Below, piece after piece: positions 8,267-19,055 of a DNA stretch of 64,000 nucleotides (position 1 is the stretch's first letter; each line of letters starts with the position of its first letter). The notes under the pieces were generated by a model. It did no database searches and was not told the DNA's origin. It saw only the letters and a list, made by a program, of their open reading frames with translations. The translations under genes and the position numbers were made by a program. The DNA comes from a candidate division WOR-3 bacterium (GTDB lineage: Bacteria > Hydrothermota > Hydrothermia > WGAB01): positions 2,024-66,023 of the forward strand of contig WFXO01000029.1 of assembly GCA_015490555.1 (NCBI GenBank), in the 5' to 3' direction.

Positions 8267-9226
8267 TCAGGTAGCAGGAAGATGGGTTTGGAGGTATCGG
8301 ATTGCGTTTTCGTGGGTCCAGGCCTCCAAGGTCTTTTGGGAGACACCGGCCTGTCCCAGTGCCCGAACCACGTCCTGGATCTTTTCCACCCGCTCGATGC
8401 CGGGGATCTCATCCTCCTTGCCGAAGCCAAAGAAATCGGTCCCTACGGCCAACCCATTGGGGAAAGCCTGCAGGAGTTCTGTCAGGGTCTGGACGAGGTC
8501 TTCGAAGCCCATCTGTTCATCCTCAAAGAAGAGCCGGGCCAGGGCCACGCCGACAATGCCTCCCTTTTCCATCACCCGTCGGGTGACGTCCCAGGAAATA
8601 TTCCGTGTCTTCTTCGGCTGTTTCAGGATCCCCGTATGGGACACGATGGGGGGACGGATGTCCATCTCTAAGACATCCGCGTAGGTCCTGGGAGACGCAT
8701 GGGCCAGGTCCAGGATGAATCCGAGGTCCGAGGCCTTTTCGACCATCTGCCGTCCAAACGGGGTGAGCCCCTGGTCATGGGGGTCACTGGCCCCGGTTGC
8801 CCACAGATTGGAGACGTTCCAGGTCAGGCCCAGGATCCGGACCCCGATCCGATAAAGAGCCCGGAGCAGCCAGACATCCGTGAGTTCATAGGCCCCTTCA
8901 TAGGCCAGGAGGATACCAATGCGATTCGAGGCCAAACACCGTTCCAGGTCCTTCTGGGTCTCCAGGATCATGAGGTCATCCGCGAACTGTTCCGCCAGTT
9001 CTCGCGTCTTCTCCGCGGCCCGAAGCACGTGTTTGATCGCATCTTCAGAAAGATAGGTGCCCCAATGACGCCGTAAGGAAAAGATCGCCCCCACAACGAT
9101 TTTGTAGTCGCCCTTCCGCCAGGAGGGGAGATCGCCGTGAAGGTGGGGACACACTTGCCCGAAATCCAGGGACCGTTCTCCCTGGATCGTCGTGATCACG
9201 TCTTCATGCAGATCGACCACCCACAT
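8267..9226 (-). CDS. membrane dipeptidase (peptidase M19) family protein
   Basis: DLHED, LAYEGA, LTWN, GLTPFG, ILDLAHAS, VSHT, RNI and VGTDF motifs. Confidence 0.88.
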   Translation of the reverse strand: MWVVDLHEDVITTIQGERSLDFGQVCPHLHGDLPSWRKGDYKIVVGAIFSLRRHWGTYLSEDAIKHVLRAAEKTRELAEQFADDLMILETQKDLERCLASNRIGILLAYEGAYELTDVWLLRALYRIGVRILGLTWNVSNLWATGASDPHDQGLTPFGRQMVEKASDLGFILDLAHASPRTYADVLEMDIRPPIVSHTGILKQPKKTRNISWDVTRRVMEKGGIVGVALARLFFEDEQMGFEDLVQTLTELLQAFPNGLAVGTDFFGFGKEDEIPGIERVEKIQDVVRALGQAGVSQKTLEAWTHENAIRYLQTHLPAT

Positions 9227-9239
9227 GGTTTCCTCCCTG

Positions 9240-11249
9240 TCAAAACTCCCAATGGGATTGGATCTTCGCCACGATGGCTTCCGGTGTCAGCCCGAAGGCC
9301 TGGAAGACATCCCGATACGGTGCCGATTTCCCGAACGTTTCCACGCCGATCACCAGGCCCTCGCTGCCGACATACCGGTACCAACAACCGGGATGTGCGG
9401 CTTCGATGGCGACCCTCCGGGTGACCTCTGGGGGCAGCACGGTGTGGCGGTACGCCTCCGGTTGCTCTTCGAAGAGTTCCAGGCTCGGGACACTGACGGT
9501 CCGAACGCGGATCCCCTTGGTTTCCAGGGCGTCGTGGACCTGGAGAGCGAGATAGACTTCTGAACCTGAGGCCATCAAGAGGAGGTCCGGGGTCCCGGAG
9601 GAATCTTTGAGGACATAGGCGCCCTTTCGGGTCCCCTCTGCTCCCCCGAGTTCGGAACGGTCCAGGATAGGGACCCCCTGTCGGGTGAGCAACAAAGCCA
9701 CGGGTCGATGTCTGAGGTTGACGGCGATTTCCCAGGCGTAGCGGGTCTCATTGGCGTCCGCAGGTCGGAGCACGACCAGCCCCGGGATGAGCCGGAGGGA
9801 AGGCAGGTGTTCCACGGGCTGATGGGTCGGCCCATCCTCGCCCAGTCCGATCGAATCGTGGCTAAACACGAAAATGACGTGGAGATGGCTCATGGCGGCC
9901 AGGCGGATCGCCGGCCGCATGTAGTCCGAGAACACCAAAAAGGTCCCTCCAAAGGGAAGGATCCCCCCGTGGTAGGCCAACCCGTTGAGGATGGCCCCCA
10001 TCCCATGTTCCCGGACCCCGAAATGCAGGTAACGACCCGTGCGATTTTGGCGGGTGAACACCTCGATGTTTTTCAGGTCCAGCCCGTTGGAGCCCCGAAG
10101 GTCTGCAGAGCCGCCCATCATGCCTTCAATTTTGGACACAATCACATCCAGCACTTTTTGGGACGCCTTCCGGGTGGCCAGGGGTCCATCCTCAGGCCGA
10201 AAGGCCGGCAACTCTTCTGCTGAGATGGGGCCAAATTCGCCACGAGAAAAAAGGTCCAGTTTTTTGGCTTTCTCGGGGAATTCCCGTTGATAGGCCTCCC
10301 AGAGTTTTCGCCATTCCGCCTCTCGTTGTTGTCCCAGTTGACGGTGCCGTCGCATATACGACAGCACATCTTCCGGCACTTCAAAGGGGGCGTAAGGCCA
10401 GTTCAGGCGTTTGCGAGTCTCTGCCACCGCTTCGGGTCCTAAGGGCGCGCCGTGGGCCGAGGCCTGATCCTGCTTGGGGCTCCCATAGCCGATATGCGTC
10501 CGCACGGCGATAAGGGAGGGCCGATCCGTCACTGCTTTGGCCTCTTGAATGGCCTGATCGATGGCCTCCAGGTCTGTTCCGTCGTCCACCCGGAGTGTGT
10601 GCCACCCCAAGGCGTCAAACCGTCGGAGGACATCCTCTGACCAGGCGAGGCGGGTGGGGCCGTCAATCGAAATACGATTGTCATCCCAGAGGACGATCAG
10701 TTTGCCGAGCCCCAGGTGTCCTGCGAGGTTCGCCGCTTCGTGGGAGACCCCCTCCATCAGATCGCCATCGCTGGCGATGACATAGGTGTAATGGTCAATC
10801 ACGGGAAACCCCGGCTCATTGTATGTCGCCGCGAGGTGAGCTTCGGCGATCGCCATACCTACGGCATTGCCGAACCCCTGTCCCAGGGGACCCGAGGTGA
10901 CTTCGACGCCAGGCGTCAGGCCAAACTCCGGATGGCCGGGTGTGATGCTGTTGAGATGGCGAAACCGTTTGATGTCGTCCAGGGTGATGTCGAACCCGGT
11001 CAGATACAGGAGGGCGTAAAGGAGCATCGAGCCGTGGCCGGCGGATAACACGAATCGGTCCCGGTTGATCCAATGGGGGTTCTGGGGGTTGAATCGGAGA
11101 TGCCGATCCCAGAGCACGAAGGCCATGGGGGCGGTCCCCATCGGCATCCCCGGGTGTCCGGACCGGGCATGTTCCACGGCGTCAATCGCCAAAAAACGGA
11201 TGGCGTTGATCACCCGTTCTTCAAGGTCTGGATGATTGGATGGGGTCAT
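9240..11249 (-). CDS. tkt: transketolase
   Basis: [51 protein letters not shown] motifs. Confidence 0.98.
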   Translation of the reverse strand: MTPSNHPDLEERVINAIRFLAIDAVEHARSGHPGMPMGTAPMAFVLWDRHLRFNPQNPHWINRDRFVLSAGHGSMLLYALLYLTGFDITLDDIKRFRHLNSITPGHPEFGLTPGVEVTSGPLGQGFGNAVGMAIAEAHLAATYNEPGFPVIDHYTYVIASDGDLMEGVSHEAANLAGHLGLGKLIVLWDDNRISIDGPTRLAWSEDVLRRFDALGWHTLRVDDGTDLEAIDQAIQEAKAVTDRPSLIAVRTHIGYGSPKQDQASAHGAPLGPEAVAETRKRLNWPYAPFEVPEDVLSYMRRHRQLGQQREAEWRKLWEAYQREFPEKAKKLDLFSRGEFGPISAEELPAFRPEDGPLATRKASQKVLDVIVSKIEGMMGGSADLRGSNGLDLKNIEVFTRQNRTGRYLHFGVREHGMGAILNGLAYHGGILPFGGTFLVFSDYMRPAIRLAAMSHLHVIFVFSHDSIGLGEDGPTHQPVEHLPSLRLIPGLVVLRPADANETRYAWEIAVNLRHRPVALLLTRQGVPILDRSELGGAEGTRKGAYVLKDSSGTPDLLLMASGSEVYLALQVHDALETKGIRVRTVSVPSLELFEEQPEAYRHTVLPPEVTRRVAIEAAHPGCWYRYVGSEGLVIGVETFGKSAPYRDVFQAFGLTPEAIVAKIQSHWEF

Positions 11250-11752
11250 GGTCCACTCCTTTCTATCTTGATGGACAGAGGATCGTCTTCTGAAATTTGT
11301 AAATCTCCCGAGTCCTCAGCAATACAGAGCCGCACAAAAGGAATCGAGTGTTCCTGAAGTATTTTTTCAATATCGAACCAGGGTGCGTGAAACAGGTGGG
11401 ATTTGCAGGAGCAATCGGAACTCCCAAAGCCCAGCGCGGCGATTTCAAAACGGCCTTGCAGGAGTTCTGCCAGAGAACACTCGATAGGGTGATCCGAAGG
11501 GATCAGATAAATCCGTGACGGAAGCGTGGCCCCCAAAATCTGGTCAATATGCCAGTGGGGTGGCCGAGGAGATCGAGGCTTCTTTTGGTGGAACCTCAGG
11601 TGTCGGGCCACCCGTTGGAAGCCCTGGGATCCCATGGCAGAGCCGACATAGACCAACGGGCTTCTGAGCCACTGCTCTCGAGGCCGCTGGATCCAGAGTT
11701 CGCCGGGAAACTCAAAATAAAGAAGATACGCACCTTTCTGTTGGACAGCCAT
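11246..11752 (-). CDS. DUF123 / GIY-YIG (Uri superfamily) endonuclease-like protein
   Basis: GAY..., [37 protein letters not shown] pattern typical of DUF123. Confidence 0.8.
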   Translation of the reverse strand: MAVQQKGAYLLYFEFPGELWIQRPREQWLRSPLVYVGSAMGSQGFQRVARHLRFHQKKPRSPRPPHWHIDQILGATLPSRIYLIPSDHPIECSLAELLQGRFEIAALGFGSSDCSCKSHLFHAPWFDIEKILQEHSIPFVRLCIAEDSGDLQISEDDPLSIKIERSGP

Positions 11753-11990
11753 GGGAAAATTATACGCCTGGCATTCCTGGATCCTGCCGACGGAATCTCA
11801 TCTTCCCATCCGGTTGTTGCTTCACGACCTCCCGGACCTCCATTGGATTTGTGTGGCGACTGTGGATTCCAAGCGTGGGTCTCCCCACGAATCATTCGGC
11901 AAAGAGAGCGGATCGATTTGAAACCGTGCAACGATCCATAGGAGCGTTCTGAGGATGGGTTCTGAAGGCTTTATAATAGACACCGAACTT

Positions 11991-12063
11991 GGGGCCGTAG
12001 CTCAGTTGGGAGAGCGTCAGGCTGGCAGTCTGAAGGTCGTGGGTTCGAATCCCACCGGCTCCA
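11991..12063 (+). tRNA. tRNA-Ala(GGC), 3' CCA not encoded
   Basis: Acceptor GGGGCCG/CGGCTCC with G3.U70, anticodon loop CT-GGC-AG, T-loop TTCGAAT; TATAAT at 11972-11977 upstream. Confidence 0.97.
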
Positions 12064-12075
12064 CTTCTCTTTTTT

Positions 12076-12474
12076 ATGTCCACTTTTGATCGCGACGACT
12101 ATTGTTTCGCCTGTGGCCCCCGGAACCCCATCGGCTTGAAACTCCAGATCCAGAAGACGGACGAGGGGGCAAAAACTGTCTTCATCCCACGGAAAGAATA
12201 CCAGGGCTTCCACAAGGTCCTTCACGGGGGGATCACCGCGACCCTCCTGGACGAGGTCATGGTCTGGGCCGCATTCCTGCACGGCTACCCTGTGGCCACC
12301 GCAAAATTGGAGATCACCTTCCGGCGTCCTATTGCGGTGGAAACGCCGATCACGGCTTATGCACGGTTGTTGGACATCCGGGACCGTCGAATCCACGCCG
12401 AAGCCATCGCCGAACAAAACGGCAAAAAGGTAGCCCAAGCACGGGCGATCTTAGCCCGAATCACCTCCAAATGA
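12076..12474 (+). CDS. PaaI-family hotdog-fold thioesterase
   Basis: CFACGPRNPIGL and QG...LHGGITATLLDE motifs. Confidence 0.9.
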   Translation: MSTFDRDDYCFACGPRNPIGLKLQIQKTDEGAKTVFIPRKEYQGFHKVLHGGITATLLDEVMVWAAFLHGYPVATAKLEITFRRPIAVETPITAYARLLDIRDRRIHAEAIAEQNGKKVAQARAILARITSK

Positions 12475-13151
12475 TCCTCTTATTTGACATTGACGGGACC
12501 CTGATCCTTTCCGGGGGTGCGGGCACACGCGCCTTTAATCGCGTCTTCGAAGAGTTCTATGGCATCCCACACGCAATGGATGGCTATGCTCCTCAGGGCA
12601 AGACGGATACCCTGATCGCCAAAGAACTCTATGAGCAGTGGCTGGGGCAGCGCCCTACGGAGGCAGAAATCCAACGGATTCTCCGGCGTTATGTGGAGTT
12701 TCTGCGTGAAGAGGTCCCCCGTTCCTCAGGATATCGGGTGCTTCCCGGCGTCACAAAAGTTTTGGAGAAACTTTCCCAGGCACCGGATGTCCTCCTTGGC
12801 CTGGCCACCGGGAACATTGAAGAAGGGGCCAAAGCCAAACTTTCCAGAGCCAACCTTTTTCATTTTTTCGAATTTGGGGTGTACGGGGACCATGTCGATC
12901 GTAGCGTGATCCTCAAGCAGGCAAGGGACCTCGGGCGACAATTGGCAAGGGAGCGAGGAATCCCGACGGACCGGGTGATTGCCGTAGGGGATACCGTTCG
13001 AGACATCTGGGCCGCACGAGCCGCTCACGTGGAAGTGGTGATCGTCACCACAGGCCCGGAGCCGCCGGACCTCCTGGCTGCGGAACATCCCGATCTCTTG
13101 ATTCGACGGCTGGATGACCCTGCATTTGAGGCGTATCTCCATGGAGATTGA
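12471..13151 (+). CDS. HAD-superfamily hydrolase (phosphoglycolate phosphatase-like)
   Basis: LFDIDGTL motif I, LATGN, VGDTVRD motif IV; ATG at 12471 overlaps the upstream stop. Confidence 0.9.
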   Translation: MILLFDIDGTLILSGGAGTRAFNRVFEEFYGIPHAMDGYAPQGKTDTLIAKELYEQWLGQRPTEAEIQRILRRYVEFLREEVPRSSGYRVLPGVTKVLEKLSQAPDVLLGLATGNIEEGAKAKLSRANLFHFFEFGVYGDHVDRSVILKQARDLGRQLARERGIPTDRVIAVGDTVRDIWAARAAHVEVVIVTTGPEPPDLLAAEHPDLLIRRLDDPAFEAYLHGD

Positions 13152-13779
13152 ACGCATCGTCGTTGGCCCTCTGGAAACGAACTGTTATCTCGTCCACGAC
13201 GGCGACGTGTGCTGGATCATCGATCCCGGGGCGGATGCCGATCAGATCCTCCAACGCCTGGAAGCCCTTGGCTGGACCCCGGTAGCCATCCTTGTGACCC
13301 ACGGCCATTTTGACCATGTCGGAGCGGTACAGCCGTTACAACGCCACTATGACATCCCCTTCTGGGCGCATCGAGACGAAGCCGAGGTCCTGGCCTATCA
13401 GACTCCGGAAAGGGTCCTCGAGAATTGGGGCGTCCGGATCGCCCCCATCCCCGCGCCGGATCGGTGGCTCGAAGACGGTGAGGCTCTCTCCCTGGGCACG
13501 ACCTCGTGGCGGGTCTGGCATACGCCCGGCCACTCGCCCGGCTCCATTTGCTTGGTGGGTCCAGGAGTTGTGTTTACCGGGGATCTCCTTTTCCACCTGA
13601 GTGTCGGGCGGACCGATATCCGGGGTGGCGACGTTGGACGGCTCCAGGCCTCCCTCCGCCGGCTCCTGAGCCTCCCTCCGGAGACCCGGGTTCTGCCTGG
13701 TCATGGGCCGGAGACCACCCTTGGCTTCGAAATCCAGCACAATCCGTTCCTTTGGGGCCTGGACGCATCCGGTGTATAA
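13141..13779 (+). CDS. MBL-fold metallo-hydrolase (glyoxalase II / YcbL-like)
   Basis: GPLETNCY, THGHFDH, HTPGHSPG, GDLLF, GRTD, PGHG motifs. Confidence 0.92.
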   Translation: MEIERIVVGPLETNCYLVHDGDVCWIIDPGADADQILQRLEALGWTPVAILVTHGHFDHVGAVQPLQRHYDIPFWAHRDEAEVLAYQTPERVLENWGVRIAPIPAPDRWLEDGEALSLGTTSWRVWHTPGHSPGSICLVGPGVVFTGDLLFHLSVGRTDIRGGDVGRLQASLRRLLSLPPETRVLPGHGPETTLGFEIQHNPFLWGLDASGV

Positions 13780-13789
13780 TTGGAAAGCC

Positions 13790-14023
13790 ATGAATCTGGG
13801 ATTTCAGGAACTGTTGGTTATCTTTCTCGTCATCCTTTTGGTCTTTGGGCCCAAGAAACTCCCTCAGTTGGCCCAGGCCTTGGGGAAGGCCGTCCGTGAG
13901 TTTCGAAACGCCACGCGGGAAATCGAAGAATCCATCAAGGAAATCGAGCGCTCCGTAGACCTCGAAGAAAAACCCACCCCACCGCCACCGCCCTCATCAT
14001 CCAGTGGGACACAGGAGTCTTAA
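13790..14023 (+). CDS. tatA: twin-arginine translocase TatA/TatE subunit
   Basis: MNLGFQELLVIFLVILLVFGPKKLPQLAQALGKAVREFR. Confidence 0.92.
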   Translation: MNLGFQELLVIFLVILLVFGPKKLPQLAQALGKAVREFRNATREIEESIKEIERSVDLEEKPTPPPPPSSSSGTQES

Positions 14024-14024
14024 G

Positions 14025-14840
14025 GTGGACCTCTGGAATGTCCGCGATTGGGTCCAAGAAGGGCTCCGTGTGATCGGTGTCATCCACCTCCTTCCGCTTC
14101 CCGGAAGTCCCCGCTATCAAGGCTCGATGGCCCAGATCATGGATCGTGCCCTGGAAGATGCCGATGCCTTGATCCAGGGAGGCGTCCATGCGATTCTTGT
14201 TGAGAACTTTGGGGATGTCCCCTTCTGGAAGGATCGGCTTCCTGAAGAGACCCTGAGTGCCTTCACGGTGGTGGCCTACGAGATCCGAAAACATCACCCC
14301 CTTCCGATGGGGATCAACCTTCTGAGGAACGCAAGTCGTGCCGCCCTTTCTGTCGCTCACGCGGTGGGTGCCCAATTTATTCGGATCAATGTCCCCATCG
14401 GAGCGCGGTTAACCCCCGAGGGATGGATCGAGGGCCGCATGGCAGAGACGGCCCGATTGCGCTCTCAACTCGGGACGTCTGTCGCCTTCTTTGAAGACGT
14501 GCATGTCAAGCACTCGTGGCCGGTGGGCCAAGAGCCCCCACTTCGAGATCTTGTAGAAGAAACCGTCCAGCGTGGGGTGGCGGATGCGTTGATCGTGACC
14601 GGGCCAAGGACAGGGGAAGAGGTCGATCCAAAGCATCTCAACGAGGTCTACCGGTATGCCGACGTCCCGGTCTTTGCCGGGAGCGGGGTCACGACCGAGA
14701 ATTTGGCCCGGATCGTGCGGTCGTGCCATGGGGTCATCGTCGGGACAACCTTCAAAAAAGACGGCAATATCTCCAATCCTGTGGACCCCGACCGTGTCCA
14801 GCAGTTCATGGACCGGGTCCATGCCCTCACCCCCTCCTGA
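14025..14840 (+). CDS. BtpA/SgcQ family TIM-barrel protein
   Basis: IGVIHLLPLPGSP, VENFGDVPF, GINLLRN, DVHVKH, IVTGPRTG, GSGVT motifs; GTG start 7 nt after AGGAG. Confidence 0.9.
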   Translation: MDLWNVRDWVQEGLRVIGVIHLLPLPGSPRYQGSMAQIMDRALEDADALIQGGVHAILVENFGDVPFWKDRLPEETLSAFTVVAYEIRKHHPLPMGINLLRNASRAALSVAHAVGAQFIRINVPIGARLTPEGWIEGRMAETARLRSQLGTSVAFFEDVHVKHSWPVGQEPPLRDLVEETVQRGVADALIVTGPRTGEEVDPKHLNEVYRYADVPVFAGSGVTTENLARIVRSCHGVIVGTTFKKDGNISNPVDPDRVQQFMDRVHALTPS

Positions 14841-14884
14841 CCGAAAAGTCTGAAATCGAATTCCTCAGGGTAAGGGGCCTTTTC

Positions 14885-15952
14885 TCAATCCACCCAATCC
14901 GCGATGAAGATGTCGTATTGCCGAGGTTTCTCGGCGGCCCGATTCGACGCAAAGATGATCTTTTTGCCGTCCGGGCTGAACATCGGGAAGGAGTTGAATG
15001 TCCCCTTGTAAGTCACCCGTTCCAGGTTCTTCCCATCAATGTCGATCATGTAAAGGTCGTAATCCCATTGTCCCGGGGCATGGAGGTTCGACACAAAGAT
15101 AATTCGCTTCTCGTCGGGGAACATGAAGGGCGCGAAGTTGGTCACATTCTCCGGGGTGTGAGTGACCTGCCAGAAGGTATCGCGTTCCATGTCGTACACG
15201 TAGATCTCCATATGGCCTAAACGAACGAAGCCATTCTTGAGGTCTTCACGAAATTGTTTAAGTTCGGTGGAATCTGTGATGTGGTGGGCTCGATACACGA
15301 CATAACGGCCGGACTTGGAAAAGAAGGAGCCACCGTCGTAGCCCGGGGTAAAGGTTAGACGTCTCGGCGGTTTGTCATAGGGAGGCTCCAGCACATAGAG
15401 GTCGATATCGCCATCCTTCGCGCTGGTGAAGACGATTTTTCCATCGGGAGAGGGCCCTTCCAACTCTGCGTCGTAGGCAGGACTGCCGTAGAGTTTGTAA
15501 AGGGAATCGGTTTTCAGGTCTCGAACATAGATGTCGTAGTTGAAAAGGGGCCAGGCATACACGTGCTGTTCACGAATCAACTTCCAGACCAACGGGTTTT
15601 CTGGACATTCCGGTCCCATGGTTTCGTGTGTGCTCGCAAAAATGATTTTATCGGGCCCTAAGAAGAAGGAGCAGGAAGTCCGGCCTTTGCCTGTAGAAAC
15701 CATTCGCAGGACCTTTCCGGTTGTATCCATGAGGAAGATCTGGTCGCACGGCAGGGAGTCCATATTGCTCTGGAAGGTGATGTAGCGGCCGTCCGGACTA
15801 AAGTAAGCCTCTGCATTGGCGCCGCCATGCGTTAAACGTTTGAGATGGCGGAGATGGACCTCCCGTGGGTCCTTGTAGAGTTCCTGTGGCTTCTGGCAAC
15901 TGTTTGATCCCAGGACACCCAGTCCGACGAGGAGCCATACCCACTTTTTCAT
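14885..15952 (-). CDS. TolB-like PD40/WD40 beta-propeller, probable lipoprotein
   Basis: N-terminal hydrophobic stretch then SC; repeated AEAYFSPDG, DGGSFFS, FAPFMFPD, FPMFSPDGKKIIFASNR. Confidence 0.85.
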   Translation of the reverse strand: MKKWVWLLVGLGVLGSNSCQKPQELYKDPREVHLRHLKRLTHGGANAEAYFSPDGRYITFQSNMDSLPCDQIFLMDTTGKVLRMVSTGKGRTSCSFFLGPDKIIFASTHETMGPECPENPLVWKLIREQHVYAWPLFNYDIYVRDLKTDSLYKLYGSPAYDAELEGPSPDGKIVFTSAKDGDIDLYVLEPPYDKPPRRLTFTPGYDGGSFFSKSGRYVVYRAHHITDSTELKQFREDLKNGFVRLGHMEIYVYDMERDTFWQVTHTPENVTNFAPFMFPDEKRIIFVSNLHAPGQWDYDLYMIDIDGKNLERVTYKGTFNSFPMFSPDGKKIIFASNRAAEKPRQYDIFIADWVD

Positions 15953-15976
15953 AAAGACCTCCTTCCTTTCTCGGTT

Positions 15977-16408
15977 TTATCCAATCCAATGAATCTCGAA
16001 GGGGAGGGGCGGGGGACTTTCCCTATTGCCGAAAATCGCCCCTCGTTCCCGGGGCACCCACACGGCCTTGGGCTGTACACGCTGATAGACCTCTTGAAGA
16101 ATGTCGAAAAACGGCCCTTCCCTCAATTCGGTCGTTACGGAAAACCCCTGACTTGTCAGTTCCTCTTGGAGTTCTTTTAGCCGTTCTTTAGCCCTTTCTC
16201 GCAGTTCTTCTGTAATCACGGCTCGTACTTCCTGACTGGGTGCTTCCCCCATAAAGCCGAGATAAAGGAGCCAGGTCGAAACAGATTCTGGGAAACGCCC
16301 ATCCAGTACATACAGGATATGGATGGTCCCTTTCTCCGCAAACCTTCGAAGATTTTCCGCCACGTTGGGGGCATCTCTTGTGGGCGAAAGGGCCAAAAGG
16401 ACATCCAT
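15977..16408 (-). CDS. universal stress protein-like protein
   Basis: MDVLLAL...IHILYVLD...ELREGPF pattern, 143 aa; ATG at 16408 lies 6 nt after TACATT. The ORF track extension overlaps the opposite gene. Confidence 0.6.
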   Translation of the reverse strand: MDVLLALSPTRDAPNVAENLRRFAEKGTIHILYVLDGRFPESVSTWLLYLGFMGEAPSQEVRAVITEELRERAKERLKELQEELTSQGFSVTTELREGPFFDILQEVYQRVQPKAVWVPRERGAIFGNRESPPPLPFEIHWIG

Positions 16409-16486
16409 GTCTTTAATGTAACGCCCGGCTCGGAAACATACAAATCCCAGTTGCGGAAGTTGTAAGGGTCCCATACCATCTCCGAC

Positions 16487-17236
16487 ATGGAGATTCTCTT
16501 CCTCGGAACAGGCACCGGGATTCCAGGAAACGGTCGGCGGCCGACCAGCGTCGCGATCCGGGAGGGCTCGGAGACCCTCCTGATCGACGTGGGACCGGGA
16601 ACCATCACGACCTTTGGGAATGAAGGATTCTCCCTTGCCGATCTCCGTGCCGTGATCCTGACCCATTTCCACCTGGACCATTGTTCGGATCTCGGGGCCC
16701 TGCTTTTCGCGATGAAACATGGGCTTCCCCAACGGACCCACCCTCTACACCTGTGGGGCCCCTCAGGACTTCGTGTCTGGCTTGATCGTCTTCGGGCCCT
16801 CTTCGGCTCCCAAATCGACGTGCCGTTTGACCTCCACGTCCATGAGGTCACGCCCCCGAGCCGTGCCATCCTGGGCCCCTTCCAATGTCAATTTTGGAAA
16901 ACGCAGCACACGGACCACAGCCTGGGAGTCATTGTGGAGGTTGAAGGGCGGAAAGTGATTTACACCAGTGACACGGAATTTTCAGAGGCCTGGGTCCAGC
17001 AACTGCCCCAACATCCCGAAGTGTTGATTACGGAATGCTCCCTACCATTTCGGGTTCCCGGCCATATGATCCCGGAAGAGGCCGGCCAGGTGGCTCAACG
17101 GATCCATGCCCAATCCTTGTACTTGGTCCATCTGTATCCCCTCCTCTCCCCCGCTGAAGCCGTCCGAAGGGCTCGGAAGACCTATCAGGGGCCGATTGAG
17201 GTCCCGACCGATGGGTTTCGGCTCCTGGTGCCTTAA
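16487..17236 (+). CDS. ribonuclease Z-like MBL-fold hydrolase
   Basis: FLGTGTG, LIDVGPG, THFHLDH, YTSDT, TECS, GH, LVHLYP motifs. Confidence 0.85.
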   Translation: MEILFLGTGTGIPGNGRRPTSVAIREGSETLLIDVGPGTITTFGNEGFSLADLRAVILTHFHLDHCSDLGALLFAMKHGLPQRTHPLHLWGPSGLRVWLDRLRALFGSQIDVPFDLHVHEVTPPSRAILGPFQCQFWKTQHTDHSLGVIVEVEGRKVIYTSDTEFSEAWVQQLPQHPEVLITECSLPFRVPGHMIPEEAGQVAQRIHAQSLYLVHLYPLLSPAEAVRRARKTYQGPIEVPTDGFRLLVP

Positions 17237-18633
17237 CCGCCGAGGGTAGGGACCCAGGCACGATCACGATTCCGTAGGAAGGCCTCAATGCCTTTTGCGA
17301 TCCCCTTAGCAATCTTCTCTTGATACCAACCCTGCCGGAGCCGTTTCTCTTCGGAAGGATGCGAAATAAAGCCCATTTCCACCAGAACGGACGGCATATA
17401 GGCCCCCAACAGCACATAGAAGCCGGCCTGTTTGACCCCGCGATTTTTGAGTTTTAAGGCGGTGGCCAAGTGGTCCTGGATGGAGACCGCCAGGCTCTGG
17501 GATTCCTTGAGGAATTGGGCCTGGGCCATGTCGGAGAGGATGAACTTCAAGAGGTCCGTGGTATCGAGTTCAGGACCGAGTTCATACTTCAGGGCCCCGT
17601 TTTCCAGGTTCTGGACCGCGCGTTCCCACTTGGTCCGTGCCGCGGAAAGGAAATAGGTCTCCGCGCCCTGGGCCCGCCGCCGACGTTCGTAGTTACAGTG
17701 GAGACTGATAAACAGGTCCGCGCCTGCACGGTTGGCAATCTCCGCACGTTCCCGTAAAGGGACAAACTTGTCCCGATCCCGAGTCAGAATGACCCGGGCG
17801 TGAAGATCTTTCTCCAAAATCCGTTTCAACCGTTTGGCAACGGCAAGATTGATCGTCTTTTCGCGGGTCCCATAACGTCCAATGGCTCCGGGATCCTTGC
17901 CCCCATGACCCGGATCGATCACAATGACCAACGTGCGATCCTGCGACTTTTCCCACTTCGGCTGAGGACTTTGAGGGGAGGATTTCTTCGAGGCAACGGG
18001 CACCGGTCGGAACGTTACACGGAATCGAGTTTTCTGTCGACGCACCTCAAACTCTACCGGCTGGTCGAAACGAAGGATCATCCGGAACCCTTTGGCAGTA
18101 TGGTAGATCTCCCCTCCCGACAACACACCTTCCGCAGGGATCCGATGCCCACCTTTGTAAAACCCACGGTCAATCTCCACCCGGACGGCCTGGGACTCAA
18201 GGGATTGAACCGTGGGATGGAGGTCGGCGTTGTGCTGGATCTCTACCTGGATGCCCTCCTTGTTTCCAGAAATCTTAACCGATTTGATACTCGGAGGATA
18301 GCGGCTGAGGATATACCTCGACCGTTCGCGATCCCAATAGACACGCTTTCCCGTAACTCGATCCAACACCGTTTCCAGATCTTCCGCGTGGTAATACCGT
18401 TTGCCTTGATGAAGGGCGGACCGAACAACGATGGGTTTCCCTTGAACCTTGACCTGATCCTCTTGAAAGGCCACGGCACCGTTGGGAGTCTGATAAACCT
18501 GGGAACTTGAGGACTTCCAGCCAAAGGCTTGCGCAAGTTTGGGCGGGGCCACATACGGTTGACCCTGGATCTGGATTGACGGGACACGAACGGTATGGAA
18601 AGCCAACAAGACCGTGAGCCACAAGGCTGTCAT
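17233..18633 (-). CDS. N-acetylmuramoyl-L-alanine amidase (Amidase_3)
   Basis: VIDPGHGGKDPGAIG, EK, LTRD, ISLH.N, GAETYF, PSVLVEMGFIS; N-terminal signal and AMIN-like region. Confidence 0.93.
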   Translation of the reverse strand: MTALWLTVLLAFHTVRVPSIQIQGQPYVAPPKLAQAFGWKSSSSQVYQTPNGAVAFQEDQVKVQGKPIVVRSALHQGKRYYHAEDLETVLDRVTGKRVYWDRERSRYILSRYPPSIKSVKISGNKEGIQVEIQHNADLHPTVQSLESQAVRVEIDRGFYKGGHRIPAEGVLSGGEIYHTAKGFRMILRFDQPVEFEVRRQKTRFRVTFRPVPVASKKSSPQSPQPKWEKSQDRTLVIVIDPGHGGKDPGAIGRYGTREKTINLAVAKRLKRILEKDLHARVILTRDRDKFVPLRERAEIANRAGADLFISLHCNYERRRRAQGAETYFLSAARTKWERAVQNLENGALKYELGPELDTTDLLKFILSDMAQAQFLKESQSLAVSIQDHLATALKLKNRGVKQAGFYVLLGAYMPSVLVEMGFISHPSEEKRLRQGWYQEKIAKGIAKGIEAFLRNRDRAWVPTLGG

Positions 18634-19055
18634 GCCTCAGGCTCCATTTCCATGAATTCCAAAAGGACTTTCTGGGTGTCCTTTGGGTGGGTGAAGATCA
18701 CACGGGGCGAGAAGGCGCCAGGTCGGGGACCATCGACCACACGAATCCCCAACGCCTTCAACTGGTCCAGGGTCTCTTTCATGCTGGGCACCCCCAGGGA
18801 GAGGTGATGTAGCCCGCCTCCACGTTCTTGGAGGAACCGATCGATGGCCGTGCCTTCCCGCGTGGGGGTGATCAATTCCAGAATCAGGTTCGGGAGTCTC
18901 AACAGGGCGATCCGAAGTCCTCGATCGGGCAACTCTTCGTACTCGACCTCCGAGATTCGAAAGAGGGACTGAAAAAGTGACACTGCGGAGTCCAGGTCTG
19001 GAACGACAATGCCCACATGGTGAACCCAGAGCGGATTAGGCTTCTTGGTATTCAC
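18630..19055 (-). CDS. mce: methylmalonyl-CoA epimerase (VOC family)
   Basis: HHVGIVV, LELI, FLQERGGGLHHL, FTHPKD...LLEF; directly downstream of the mutase. The GTG start at 19055 is inferred. Confidence 0.88.
   Translation of the reverse strand: MNTKKPNPLWVHHVGIVVPDLDSAVSLFQSLFRISEVEYEELPDRGLRIALLRLPNLILELITPTREGTAIDRFLQERGGGLHHLSLGVPSMKETLDQLKALGIRVVDGPRPGAFSPRVIFTHPKDTQKVLLEFMEMEPEA

Noticed and set aside
8029..8274. 81-aa ORF across the repeat tract
   Set aside because: It is a translation of the palindromes and heptamers (PFPKGG, TTNHK repeats), with no SD and no recognisable domain.
11246..11752. GIY-YIG gene as a homing endonuclease or mobile element
   Set aside because: Short DUF123-type protein, coupled to tkt, with no intron, intein or terminal repeats.
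12102..12470. N-terminal extension of the 349-aa HAD ORF, suggesting a fusion or frameshift
   Set aside because: The extension overlaps the thioesterase in another frame. HAD motif I starts right after ATG 12471 with a normal ATGA overlap.
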